A stretch of 64,000 nucleotides of DNA from Eledone cirrhosa (taxonomy: Eukaryota), in contig OZ024740.1 of the NCBI GenBank assembly GCA_964016885.1, positions 351,478,001-351,542,000 of the forward strand, read 5' to 3'. Under the pieces are notes generated by a model. That model was not told the DNA's origin, searched no databases, and was given only the letters and a program-made list of their open reading frames with translations. Shown piece by piece: positions 1-56,108 of this stretch (position 1 is its first letter; every line of letters starts with the position of its first letter). The position numbers were made by a program, and so were the translations under genes.

Positions 1-945
1 AAAAATAAAGGTGGTAGAAAAGCCAGGAACCACCATAAAATCCCTGATCAGCAAAACCTACCCTTTTAAGAAAACCCACTGTACCAATAGGAAATGTATC
101 ATATGTAAGGATAAACTGTAAAACTAGAAACGTAGTCTATAGCATAAGATGTACAGAGGGTACTTGCAGAAACATGACAACAACATACATAGGTGAGACA
201 GCTCGTAGCATAGGTGAAAGGATAGACCAACACTGGGGGGAACTAAAAGGACGAAAAAACGGGTCAGTACTATACGAACATGCTAGACAACAACATGGCG
301 GTAACATAGACAACATAGAAATTAGAATAATATCTAAACATAGAAATGACCCAGCTGATAGGCAAATCAGAGAGGCCAGTGAAATAGAAATTAGAAGACC
401 AAAGCTAAACAGAAAGAATGAATGGAATAACAACAACACCCAAACAAACAACACTGACCTAAGAGAAGTATAAATAAGTAAATAAAATAAGATAAATAAA
501 TACATACACAAGCACAATAACAACAAGCACATAAACACATACTAGTCACCCATCACACAGCAAACATAACACTATACACACACGCAAACGCATGCGCAGA
601 GAAGACAAAATAAAATAAACAAACAAGCAAATAAATAAATAAATATATAGACAGACTGAATAAAAAATGACGTAGACATACAACACAACAGGAGGAAAAT
701 ATAACACCACTGACGATGTTGCAGATGTGCAACGAAAGATTTATGATAAACTATATATATGTGTTTGTGTCTATATTGTATCTGTATTATTTTTGACCGT
801 CGGTCAGTCAATGGCAACATTGAGGACCGAGTAAGTTAGATTACCGATATAAAAGACAGTGAGAAGCGAAAACCAACAAAACAGTGAGTGTGTTCTGTTA
901 TTAATTCTGGCAATATTACACAAATATGACCCTCCCCAAGTATAA
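1..945 (+). mobile_element. Penelope-like element 3' fragment (GIY-YIG endonuclease plus 3' UTR)
   Basis: CKTRNVVYSIRC..YIGETARSIGERIDQH..EASEI..LNRK; frame break near 113; hammerhead-like motif at ~705-746. Confidence 0.85.
705..746 (+). ncRNA. Minimal type I hammerhead ribozyme (stem I degenerate)
   Basis: CTGACGA-t-GTTGC-agatgt-GCAAC-GAAA-gat-TTA. Confidence 0.6.
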
Positions 946-1005
946 CAATATTTGTTTCGACACACGATTTCATATAAAAAACCTCGCAAAACTAATTCAT
1001 CGCCG

Positions 1006-1043
<38 letters not shown>

Positions 1044-1277
1044 CAAGTAAGTATGTTTTGAAACAGTGAGCAGGTTTGAAATTAGAAAATAGAATAGCTT
1101 TCACCATATTTTTTACTAAAGACATTTTAGTCTCATAATGGGGTTTAGAACTCTCAGATAAATGGAAAAAGATGAGTATTGACGTACATGTACGTCAATA
1201 CTCATCTTTTTCCATTTATCTGAGAGTTCTAAACCCCATTATGAAACTAAAATGTCTTTATTCAAAAATACGGTGAA

Positions 1278-1355
<78 letters not shown>

Positions 1356-1381
1356 TTCACCGTATTTTTGAATATTATGGA

Positions 1382-1446
<65 letters not shown>

Positions 1447-1779
1447 GTCCATAATATTTTTCCGGTAAATATGTAGGTGACGGGACAGGGTTTGGAAATA
1501 TTCTGACCTCATTAGTGAAATTCCGTACTTGATCATCAAACACATATATAACACTATACATTATTTAATGTATGAAAATAGATAATAGTGTTTTACCAAG
1601 TGCTTGTGTACGTTGATGTTCTCTCTCTTTCACTCACTGCCTCCTTCTCGCTCGCTCTCCCCATCCCTCACTATTATAAGCAAATGAGATCCTACGCGTT
1701 GGCCGTCCCGTGGCCCCGGCAGACAGAATAGAGAGGTTGGTGAGAGAGAGGCTTTAGAAGAGCGACTCCCGCTGGCAAG

Positions 1780-2572
1780 GGTCATACCTGCGCGTAGCCA
1801 ACTCCGTGCCGATGGTGGTGAGTAGGGTGATGGTGTTCCCATGGCCAAGGACACCAGAAGTCTCCACTACTACGGGCTCGACCGTAAACCTGTCGGAGAG
1901 CAACCGATATTTGGAGAGTTTACTCTCTTTGGCCCGAAGTGCATCAAGGCGTGGATTAGTTGCAGTGCATCAGGTTGCTGCTAGAGAAAGTGTCGCTGCA
2001 TGTGGCATTCCAGATGAGGGGTTTACCATCACAGAACGGGTAGATGGGCAAGCCGTCTGGCCTCCTGCCGTCCCCTCGGTCCAGCCGGCTGACTCGAGCT
2101 GGGAGGGAAAGCCTGTAGCATCCAAGTCATGCTTTATGATCTCGTTGAAAGAATCGTGGCGTAGAAGGCGGCCGACACTGTAGTGACAGGACAGCGGGTG
2201 GAGGCCGAAAGAGTTTACAGTGGATCCGCAACGACATGTGTGGCTCACAGATCAAGAGGCTGAGCCTCGGGGAAACCCCGATTCGCAGGCTCACGTTATC
2301 CAACTGCGTGCCAGTCAAAAGGGAGGGTACAGCATTGAACCAGGCAACCATTGTGGTTGCGAGGCCTTGTCAAAGCATGCGAGGCGGTGCTGGTCGAGCT
2401 GGCACGCTAGCCTGTCCAAGATCATGCCACACTGGATGGTATCCCATATGCTCTGGGGGAATTTGACGCCTGCAAGGAAAGTGGTGGAGAGACGTCGGCA
2501 GGGCGTAGTCCGAGCCGGTTCCAAGTTTCGCAGGTGGCCTCGCTTTCCTCGATCACAGTGGGTTCCGTTCTG
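1780..2572 (-). mobile_element. Decayed CRE-like non-LTR retrotransposon 3' part (Zn knuckle plus restriction-like endonuclease)
   Basis: Frameshifted WFNAVPS..GTQLDNVSLRIGV, CRCG..GLHPLSC, RHDSFNEII, DGRRPDG. Confidence 0.75.
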
Positions 2573-3590
2573 TTAGGAATTAAGTAACTCAAAACCACCA
2601 CCCGAATGAAAATAAACAATAGGTAAATTAATGTAGACGTATTTAATGCGTTGACATATTCTTCGTACATAAATATCTAAGTGAAACACTTCTGTGGGTT
2701 TTTTCTTCGTTTTTTTTTGGGGGGGGGGTCGTGTGTGCGTGTGTGTGTGTTGAAGATTTCGGTGGTTGCGTCAGCGAAGGTTATGATGGACGATATACTA
2801 TTTTACTTTCCAGATTATAAGATGTAATATTAATGTATAAAGTCTTTCCACCTGACAAAAGAGAGATGTTATACATTTTATTACTTGAAGTAATCCTCAT
2901 CTTCTCATATGAACTTATCTACTACCATTTGACGTGACCTCATGCTTATTAGTTTTCTCCTCTGTGCAATTACACATAAATACGTATCTCATTAGACACG
3001 GGCTGGCATTGATTGCTTTCGCTCACAATACCATTGCATAATATGCATTAACAAATTCTATTATTCCATTACATCTTGTTTGTACTTGGGCACTACACGT
3101 CCAACACAATGCGGGGCGACAACGATGCGTCTTAGTATTTTAAACCTGGCCATTTGAACGCATGCGATTTATCGATCTCGAAAGGATTGACAGAGTTGAC
3201 CTCGGTGGGATTTGAACTTAGAGTGCAGTGAGCCGAAACAAATGCCGAGACACTTTTAATCCGACGGCTCAACGACTCTGCTAATTGGTCGCCTTACAAT
3301 ATAAAGTGGACAAATAACAGATTTGTAGGAACTTTTTCACTGAGCCAATAACAGATGTTTGTCCTTCAAAAGGACGCATGCGCAAAGATGTGGATGAAAT
3401 TAGCAAAACGTGAACAAGCGACAGGTTGGTAAGAAAGGTAAAAATAACTCTCCGGCTAGTCTGTTGTTTTTAATTCAACCAAAATGGGAGTTTAAGACAT
3501 CAGAAATATAGACAAAAAAAATGTTAATGAACCATTGGTGGCTCTATGAGAAGTTGCTAAAATAAATTAAATTCAGAGCTGTTTATATTC

Positions 3591-3628
<38 letters not shown>

Positions 3629-4034
3629 TACATGATGGCTGCCCCCTCGTTATCGAGTATGGCCATTGCACGATATACCATTATTAATAATTATTAATTA
3701 ATTCTATCGTGAAATGCCTGTGCGGGAAGATATTTTTTAAAGTGAGGAAAGACTGTGCACTGAGCCAATCCAACTCTCTGAGCGACAGTAGCTATAACCC
3801 GAAAAGAAGAAAAGATCAACATCATCGGTAACTACTGAGCCGCAGGTTTTATATCGGAGTTATCCCAGTTTCCTGAGTTGCCTTCTCCTAGAAGAATGCC
3901 CTGAGAAAGGCTAGGGGTCCTTCACTCCCAGTGGTTTAACCGCGCGATCGGGTGTCTAGCCCGACTATTTCTATGTCTCCGCGCATATACATACACATGC
4001 ACCCATATATATACATATACATATATATGTACAT

Positions 4035-5658
4035 GTGTATATTCATATTTACACACTTTTGGATGGCCGTTGACTCTTATGAGTTCTTCCGCCCTTTGTC
4101 AGGTTTTGTTTTTTGTCCTGCAGGGTGTCCAAAGTCACCCTCCTCACCAAGTAAACTTGGTGGGGTTGCCGGTTTAGTCGCCGACGACCCGACCATGCGA
4201 CAGGTTGTACTGGGTTACATGTTACCAGTAGCACTAAAGAGTCACCCGACATACATACATACAAACATACATACATACGTGGTGGCTGCCAACTCGTTTT
4301 CGAGTACGGCCACTACTTTATATCCATGTAGGAGAACTCCTACCGATGCACTGAACGAGTGTGACTTTTTAGTCCAGCCAGCGACTTGAAAACTCTGGTA
4401 CAAACACTACACTTGTGACAATTATTGACACATAGTGCTGGGCCCATGGTACCATGTGACGACAAGTGCAGAGAGATCTCCAGATATAAAGCAATGCCTG
4501 TGCCGTGAAGCTTTTATAGTGAGTAAAGGTACTGCACGAAGCCAGTCCCGCTCTATTAACCAAGATGATATTTACCAAAAAGAAGAACAAGTCAACATCA
4601 TTGGATACCATCAGGGTTGCAGGTGTTATATCAGAGTATTCCTTCTCCTAGAATTCTGCCTTGACAAAGGCTAAGGGGTCATCTCTTCCGATGATTTTGG
4701 ATGGCCATTGACCCTTAAGAGCTCCTTTGCCCTTTGACAGGTTTTGTTTTTAGTCCTGCAGGATGTCCAAAGTCACCCTCCTCACCAAGAAACCTTGGTG
4801 GGGTTGCCAGTTTAGTCGCCAACGACCCGACCATGAGACAGGTTGTACTGGGATACATGTTACCAGTAGCACCAACTGGTGACCTGACATACATACATAC
4901 ATACATACATACATACATACATACATACATACATACATACATACATACATACATACATACATACATACATACATACATACATACATGGTGGCTGCCAACT
5001 CATTTTCGAGTACGGCCACTACTTTATATCCATGTAGGAGAACTCCTACCGATGCACTGAACGAGTGTGACATTTTAGTCCAGCCAGTGACTTGAAAACT
5101 CTGGTACAAACACTACACTTGTGACAATTATTGACACATAGTGCTGGGCCCATGGTACCATGTGACGACAAGTGCAGAGAGATCTCCAGATATAAAGCAA
5201 TGTCTGTGCCGTGAAGCTTTTATAGTGAGCAAAGGCACTGCACAAAGCCAGTCCCACTCTCTTAACCAAGATGATATTTACCAAAAAGAAGAACAAGTCA
5301 ACATCATTGGATACCATCAGGGTTTCAGGTGTTATATCAGAGTTTTCCTTCTCCTAGAATTCTGCCTTGACAAAGGCTAAGGGGTAATCTCTCCCGGTGA
5401 TTTTGCATGGCCATTGACTCTTAAGAGCTCCTTTGCCCTTTGACAGGTTTTGTTTTTAGTCCTGCAGGATGTCCAAAGTCACCCTCCTCACCAAGAAACC
5501 TTGGTGGGGTTGCCAGTTTAGTCGCCAACGACCCGACCATGAGACAGGTTGTACTGGGATACATGTTACCAGTAGCACCAACTGGTGACCTGACATATAC
5601 CATACATACATACATACATACATACATACATACATACATACATACATACATACATACA

Positions 5659-5690
<32 letters not shown>
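4035..5690 (-). repeat. Tandem ~706-bp units of a non-autonomous RTE-related element with (TATG)n tails
   Basis: Homologous ORFs offset by 706 (4369/5075, 4715/5421); minus-strand CTAGGAGAAGGAA motif; diverged relative at 3630-3925. Confidence 0.7.
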
Positions 5691-5691
<1 letters not shown>

Positions 5692-6368
5692 TTATTAAAA
5701 TAACAGATTAAAGTTTAAGCAAAGAATCGATGCTTTCACCCTTAACGGGATCTTCTGAAACTAAAAATATCAATCTGTGAACGCAGAAGTAAATATTTCG
5801 AAAAACGTTGCAACCGAAGGAAGACAGGAAGACGATACTTTGGTTCGTGGAAACGTTCCCTGGCAAAAAAACGGGAAAAAAAACAAAATAATACGTCATA
5901 ATTAGGAGCGGTGAAAACAATTACACGCAAAGACAAAACCACTTTTATGGTATAAATGAAGTCGTAGACTAATATTCTATTAGGTGATTCGTGGAGATGT
6001 TCTCTGACAGTGAACGGAAAAAACGAAGATAATAGGTCATTATGTGGAGCGATGAGAACAATTACACGCAAAGACAAAACCACGTTTATGGTATAACTGA
6101 AGTCGTAGACTAAAATTCTATTTAGGAAACCGAATGATTCTCGGCTTCAGAGTTAAGATTAATGTAAATAAATTACAGAGGTAATTGAAATCAACAAAAA
6201 TTAAATATATACATGCACGAATCCATATACGTACATACACATGCATATGCGAAAACACCCGCCATGGGTATGCAAATACAAGCCCATACATAAAAAACCA
6301 CGCACGCACATACAGAACTCACGCAACGCCTGTACCCGCACACATACGAACGTATACACCAAATACAC

Positions 6369-6424
<56 letters not shown>

Positions 6425-7215
6425 CGTGTATACATATAATTATATAAACGTATATAAATATACACACATAAATACGTATATAACGCCCGCACACACATAC
6501 CTACATGTAAATACACATAAGTTCGCTAAACGTACGTCAACCAAAACACAAAGTACACATATACACACACCCTACATACGTACGAACCCGCATGCTCACA
6601 CAGACGCAAAATTCACGTATACACATAACCATATGCACATGTACCAGTATATATAATATAATATATACGCCTATAACATATACAAGCAAAAATACGTACC
6701 TTCACAAAACATACAGGTAATATATACTTACCTATACAAATAAGTAACGGTATAAACATAACATATACTTAGCTACCCCATCAAGACGTAAAATATCCGC
6801 ATATAGTTCGTACTATCCGTTAGGGTATAATGTAGGGCTGTAATACTGGAAGGTTTTGTGCAATTTATGTTTACAAGCCGAAATTGCCTCAGATTTTTTG
6901 TTTAAGATGTGGTCTTTGGCGTAGAGTATTTCCAGAGCTTCAGCGGCGCAGAAGTCACATGGTCTTTTATTTCCGTTATTCGATCTAGCCTTGGCTACGA
7001 TCTCCCGGTGTAACTTATATTGGGTGTGGTTGTCTTTTAGACTCCAGATATAAGCTGAAAGTGACGTCATATTCCTTCTTAAAGGGTTAAGAAAAGAATG
7101 GGTATGCATGTAAAGACGCTGCTTGACTCTATTGACGGTTAACCCTATGTAGGCCCTACGGGACGTGGGTGTTTCAACCATACATTTGTTTGTAGACAAT
7201 GTTACTAGAGAGGCA
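5690..7215 (-). mobile_element. Penelope-like element 3' fragment (GIY-YIG plus long 3' UTR with ~141-bp internal repeat)
   Basis: YIGLT.N..KQR..H..SF..TSLSAYIWSLK..CDFC..E..LNKKSE..C.H; degenerate hammerhead at 5718-5760. Confidence 0.78.
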
Positions 7216-7476
7216 TATATATATATATATATATATATATACTGAAGATGCATTTTTACTTCGTAATAACTAAGAATAAACAAATTACAAATTAGAGTAC
7301 TTAATTACTAAATTCTTAAGCCTAAAGATTTAATCTAAATCAAATGTTTTATGATGAGTTGAAGTATATAAAAACCGTAGAAAATATACATAGGAGAATT
7401 TATTAGTCAAATATCACTATAATGTGTTGAATGTTATTTTGTGGTATTTGTTCTAAAGTTTATTTTTAAAATATAC

Positions 7477-7556
<80 letters not shown>

Positions 7557-7681
7557 TGCATTCATTCAGTAAAATAAAGAATTTGGAAGAAATGAATATT
7601 CTTTTTTACTTTTGATACAACAGCGTATGCTAACCAAGTTAACATACTTCACAAACTAAATGTATCAACCTATCTGCAATG

Positions 7682-7771
<90 letters not shown>

Positions 7772-7772
<1 letters not shown>

Positions 7773-8297
7773 GTATACATACATACATACTTACATTTAA
7801 GTAAGTGCCGTACTAAGAGTGAGAAATGAAATTTCGTTTCATTCTATTCCATTTATCGTTTTCGGTGTGCCCGGCCGACTGAACTCACTCGATATGCAAA
7901 TTAGGCTGCTCAGCCGTTAATATGCATAAGGAAAGTATATACTTTCAGACGTTCAACCATCTGGCAGGAAGGTATATGATGCTGACGATAGCTAATAAGC
8001 TTGAAACTAGTACATCGTTCCTGTGTCAGTGTTGAACAAAAAGGTGACTTGGTTGCCTAAACACTGTACGGCGTAATTCGAGCTGCTTGTTTGTTTACAA
8101 ACAAACAAACCGAGCATTATAATAAATGTTCGGTAAACCGATACGTGCATATATATATATGTGTGCGTGCATGTATGTATATATATACATACTACTGTAC
8201 GTCTGTATACATGTATGTATGTACGTATACATACATACTTACATTTAAGTAAGTGCCGTACTAAGAGTGAGAAATGAAATTTCGTTTCATTCTATTC

Positions 8298-8299
<2 letters not shown>
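7772..8299 (+). mobile_element. ~448-bp hammerhead-containing monomer with terminal redundancy (retrozyme/pLTR-like)
   Basis: Direct repeat at 7791 and 8239; flanked by (TA)n. Confidence 0.72.
7976..8018 (+). ncRNA. Type I hammerhead ribozyme
   Basis: atgatg-CTGACGA-t-agct-aata-agct-t-GAAA-ctag-TA-catcgt. Confidence 0.82.
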
Positions 8300-8373
<74 letters not shown>

Positions 8374-9770
8374 TTACTTGCCTCCCCCAAGAGTTTTCTG
8401 TTGGACAGAAACTTTTGGCATATGGCTGAGAGGTTGTTCCAGGTTTGGAGCTCTGCATTCACTGAGTTCACTTGTAGACGTTTTCTCTTATTTTTTCCAA
8501 GCTGAAGTCATCATTGAAAATATTCACTCTATGTGGGCATTACTACATGGAATAGAGAAGATATAAACTCATACCTTCAGCTTTATGAAATGAATATCAG
8601 ATATCATTCATCGCTGTGGCTATTTACTAACTCAGTAGTATCGATAATTTCCCGCACAACTTCCTACTCTTCATATAATTCATCGATATCAATATCTTGG
8701 AGATTACAGGTCTTGACTGCGTCACAGAATTCTACAAAAGGTGTATCTTTTGTTGGGCTTGATTGTTATACTTTGTTATGAAAGCTGCTTTTAGAAAAGT
8801 CATATTTGTTACTTAAGTACATTATGGCACTTTCATAAATAAAAAACCTTTTGTTTGCTTCACATAATCTGGCCAAACTTGGTGTTTACTTGCAAAGCTA
8901 AAAACAAATTTGCTTTTCAGTTCATACGTTAGCTTACATTCTGCATTTATATTGAATATCTTGGTTTCTTGTGTTTCAATAGTTTCCGTAAATAAAGATT
9001 GTAACTGAGAAAAAAGAAATAGATTTTTGACAATTCACAGGTAATTCATTCACCTCCAAAGCATTGCCTTAGTACACTGGGACACTCAACTTCGCCTATA
9101 TTCTGCAAGTTTTATTATTTCCCAACACTTAAATATTTTGTTAATAGATGCCAAAAGGGGCATTCATCTTGTCACAACATGCCACAAAAGACTGCAACTA
9201 TCAATCTCCACAATTTCACAAAATTTCCTTTAACTATACTTTATACTAACTTTTAGTTGAGATGCTGAAATCGTTATACACTTTGAGTACACTATATTCA
9301 ATATCAAACTTTAATCTTCGACGTTCTCGTCACTAAATGACAAAACACTTCCAAACACCCCCAAAACATGCAACACTTGAGAACACTACAACAACATCCT
9401 TAACACTGTCTCTTGCGCTCAGCACAAATAAGCATAAGGAACACATACACACAGAAATAGTTGCAACATCAATAACCTCACTGATCTCTTGAAAACTATT
9501 GTTATGCACTCCAACAAGAGGACATCAATTGTCACATTCAGGCAGAAACTGACACAGAGATTCTCAAACAATTTTCAACAGTTGAAAATTGCAAACTTGA
9601 CTGTCACCACTTATTATGAACCTGAAGATTGCGAAAGCATGAAAGTACTTGTTCAATTAACACTTAGAATTTAATATTCTACCATACTATTTCATTATAA
9701 TACCATTATAAATTTGAAAGGATTGTAAATAAAACGAGTAAATCAGACAAAGTTGGAATTCCTCTTATTA

Positions 9771-10165
<395 letters not shown>

Positions 10166-10240
10166 CACACACACACACACACACGCACATTATATATATA
10201 TATATGTATATATATATTTATATATATATATATATGTATA

Positions 10241-10285
<45 letters not shown>

Positions 10286-10371
10286 AGGAGGTGAGTTTTA
10301 TTGTAGTACAATAAAGCAATGCAGATATCGGATAAGAAGCACTCTACAGTTTGTAGGACTGGAGTATACAT

Positions 10372-10706
10372 AATATATAAGATCAAAAGATGGTTAAAAG
10401 AGTTCCATGTATTTTATTATGCGCATTTCAAAAACAAATATCATCATGCAATAACATTTGTGTTTTCATCAGATAAAATAGGAAGACATGATATGAAGGT
10501 TAAACTTGTGGATAGTGCAGTTTTAAATCAACATATCAACATTGATATGTTGATTTAAAACTGCACTATCCACAAGTGTTTTTTAACCTTCATATCATGT
10601 CTTCCTATTTTATCTGATGAAAACACAAATGTTATTGCATGATGATATTTGTTTTTGAAATGCGCATAATAAAATACATGGAACTCTTTTAACCATCTTT
10701 TGATCT

Positions 10707-10712
<6 letters not shown>
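10372..10712. repeat. ~340-bp fold-back inverted repeat with one hammerhead per arm
   Basis: Arms nearly identical around a centre at ~10540. Confidence 0.9.
10606..10676 (+). ncRNA. Type I hammerhead ribozyme (mirror copy 10410-10480, minus strand)
   Basis: tattttat-CTGATGA-stem II-GAAA-tgcgca-TA-ataaaata; 8-bp stem I, palindromic stem III. Confidence 0.85.
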
Positions 10713-10734
<22 letters not shown>

Positions 10735-10738
<4 letters not shown>

Positions 10739-11406
10739 TTATAAACACACAGATACATGCGGACACACACATATATACATGAATGCATCCGCACCCAACT
10801 GTGAGTTAAGGGTGCCAACTTCACCGATGTTGCTCAATGAATGACTGGGACAGGCCAATTCAGTTTGAACCAGACTGAACCAGTATCAGAGTTAAAAATA
10901 CATTATGAAGAGAGAAGAAACATTTAGATATAATTAGTAATAAAATGTATCATACCTAAACTGCTCCTAAATTCCTCGACTACGTAGTTTCGTGGCATAA
11001 ACAAAAACTATATATCAAAGATATAGAGTCCTTGCGAGGTCTGCCGACTTATCAAGAGGATACCTCATTTTACTAGTCTCAAGAACGCGTCTACACGACG
11101 TGAGAAAGAATCCCAAAAGGCGGAGGGGGAGATAGTCACGCGATATAACGGTCGAGAAACAGAGCTAAGCCTCTTATAACCACGAAGAAAATACCACGGA
11201 GGCGGAGGGGGTATTCATATCGAGGCCGCAGAAGAGGTAGTGAAGAAGGCGAGAAGTATGAGTAATGGAAGCATTCATGTATATATGTGTGTGTCCGCAT
11301 GTATCTGTGTGTTTATAAATATATTAATAACTCCCTCTGGTCGAGCAATCTTTGAAGTGTGGGGACAACTGGAAAGCTTCCATTACTCATACTTCTCGCT
11401 CTCTTC

Positions 11407-11410
<4 letters not shown>
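10735..11410 (-). mobile_element. Solo, partly inverted copy of the 591-bp retrozyme-like monomer
   Basis: Near-identical to the 44.7-50.5 kb array; hammerhead at 10973-11060 (minus). Confidence 0.9.
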
Positions 11411-12620
<1,210 letters not shown>

Positions 12621-13333
12621 ATATATATAAATGAAAAGTATAGAAATTATTGTAGCAAGAAGCCAACAGTATTCCATAATATATAAGTGACTATAGCGTC
12701 AAAATGGAAAAATAGTTAACGTAAGATGTGAGGAAATAATTCAAACTCAATTCAAAAAGAATCAGAATATAGATTCATCCACAGAATTTGGTGAAATCCA
12801 GGGAAAAATCAATAGAGCCTTAATTCAGAATAAAATAAAGTTTAAAATACTCATCCTTCAATTTGGAAAAACTACAAATGCTATGTATAGTCTTAAAGAC
12901 TATTTCAAGAAACTTTCAGTGTGGATGGTCACGGTTGGAACCGATCATCAGCAGAGCTCAAAGACACGATAACCAAAGTACCACTGTTTATAATATGCCA
13001 AAAAGGGAAATTAAAAGCAGGCTAATTCAACATCATGCGTAATTATGAAGTAAAACGCACATGTAGAGACAGGGCTGGTGACGTCAGAATGAGACGAATG
13101 TCTATTTACATGAAACAACAGTCAAAAACATTCCGAAAAAAACTCTATTATATTTATTAATTTTATTAATTTTCTTAATATTAATCAACATTTGAAAAGA
13201 TGGCTTTTGCAGACCCATCGAAACCGGTCATTTTTTATACCCTTTATTATTTCCTTACCTTATAAAATTATATGTTTTTTCACAAAAAAGTATTCTGTCT
13301 CTTATATATTCCATGTGCCATTACCAACCTCAA

Positions 13334-13435
<102 letters not shown>

Positions 13436-13459
13436 ATATATATTTATGTGTATATATAT

Positions 13460-13747
13460 ATAATAAGCTTGAAACTAGTACAGCGTTCCTTTGTCAGTGT
13501 TGAACAAACGAGCAACGATGGTTGCTGAACACTACGGCTTAATACGGGATGTTTGTTTACAAACACACCGAGCATTATAATAAATGTTCGGTGAATCCAT
13601 ACGTACATATATATATGTGTGCATGTATGTATATATATATACATACTACTGTACGTCTGTATACATATATGTATGTACGTGTACATACTTATATTTAAGT
13701 AACAGCCGTACTAAGAGTGGGAAATGAAATTTCGTTTCATTTTTTCC

Positions 13748-13752
<5 letters not shown>
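13460..13752 (+). mobile_element. Truncated copy of the 448-bp element, starting inside the hammerhead
   Basis: Matches ~7993-8290. Confidence 0.8.
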
Positions 13753-13796
<44 letters not shown>

Positions 13797-14245
13797 GACA
13801 CACACACACATGCATAGACATACATGCATACATGCGCGCGCGCACATATACATGTTCGGTCGTCGTCGTCGTCGTCGTCGTCTGCCCCCCCCCCCCCCCC
13901 CTCCGCCTGCGTAACATCTTAGGCAAGTGTCTTTCACTATTGCCTATTGTCGACCGAACGCTTGAGAGTGAAAATGGGTAGCCTGTTGTACGGACTGTAT
14001 GTGTAAATTAAAAGTGCAGTCCTGCCATTGTGTTACACTAGTTCTACTTGAGAATAACGTTAACAGTACACTTGTATATAGAATATTCAACCACATCGCA
14101 CGCTAATTCAATACATACGTTGTTCAGTTGATCGAACAGCTCGTGCGTCATACTCAACAGGGTTGTCTATTATGTAGAGATTAGATTAGATCACGCACAC
14201 ACACACACACACTCTCACACATACATACATACATACATACATACA

Positions 14246-14279
<34 letters not shown>

Positions 14280-14349
14280 CATACATACATACATACATAC
14301 ATACATACATACATACATACATACATACATACATACATACATACATACA

Positions 14350-14382
<33 letters not shown>

Positions 14383-14492
14383 GTATGTATGTATGCATAA
14401 TTCTTCCTCTACACACAAGGGACACTAATTTCATTAACTACAAGAGTAGCCTCCCTTGAGTAAGATTGTCAATTATGGAAAAGTGTGATTGT

Positions 14493-14506
14493 GTTACTAT
14501 GGTTAC
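14493..14506. promoter_or_regulatory. RFX X-box upstream of SPAG16
   Basis: GTTACT-AT-GGTTAC 12 nt before the ATG of a ciliary gene; near GTTNCC-AT-GGNAAC. Confidence 0.65.
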
Positions 14507-14518
14507 ATCGGTACAACT

Positions 14519-56108
<41,590 letters not shown>

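Noticed and set aside
1215-1262. CTGAGAG..GAAAC..GTC hammerhead in the palindrome
   Set aside because: Core one nucleotide short; stems I and II do not pair
8368-9770. 1.4-kb unique-looking segment between microsatellites
   Set aside because: No sustained ORF, motif or termini recognisable; possibly a decayed transposon
12905-12956. Minus-strand CTGATGA followed by a CGGTT/AACCG hairpin
   Set aside because: No GAAA directly after the stem and no stem I partner
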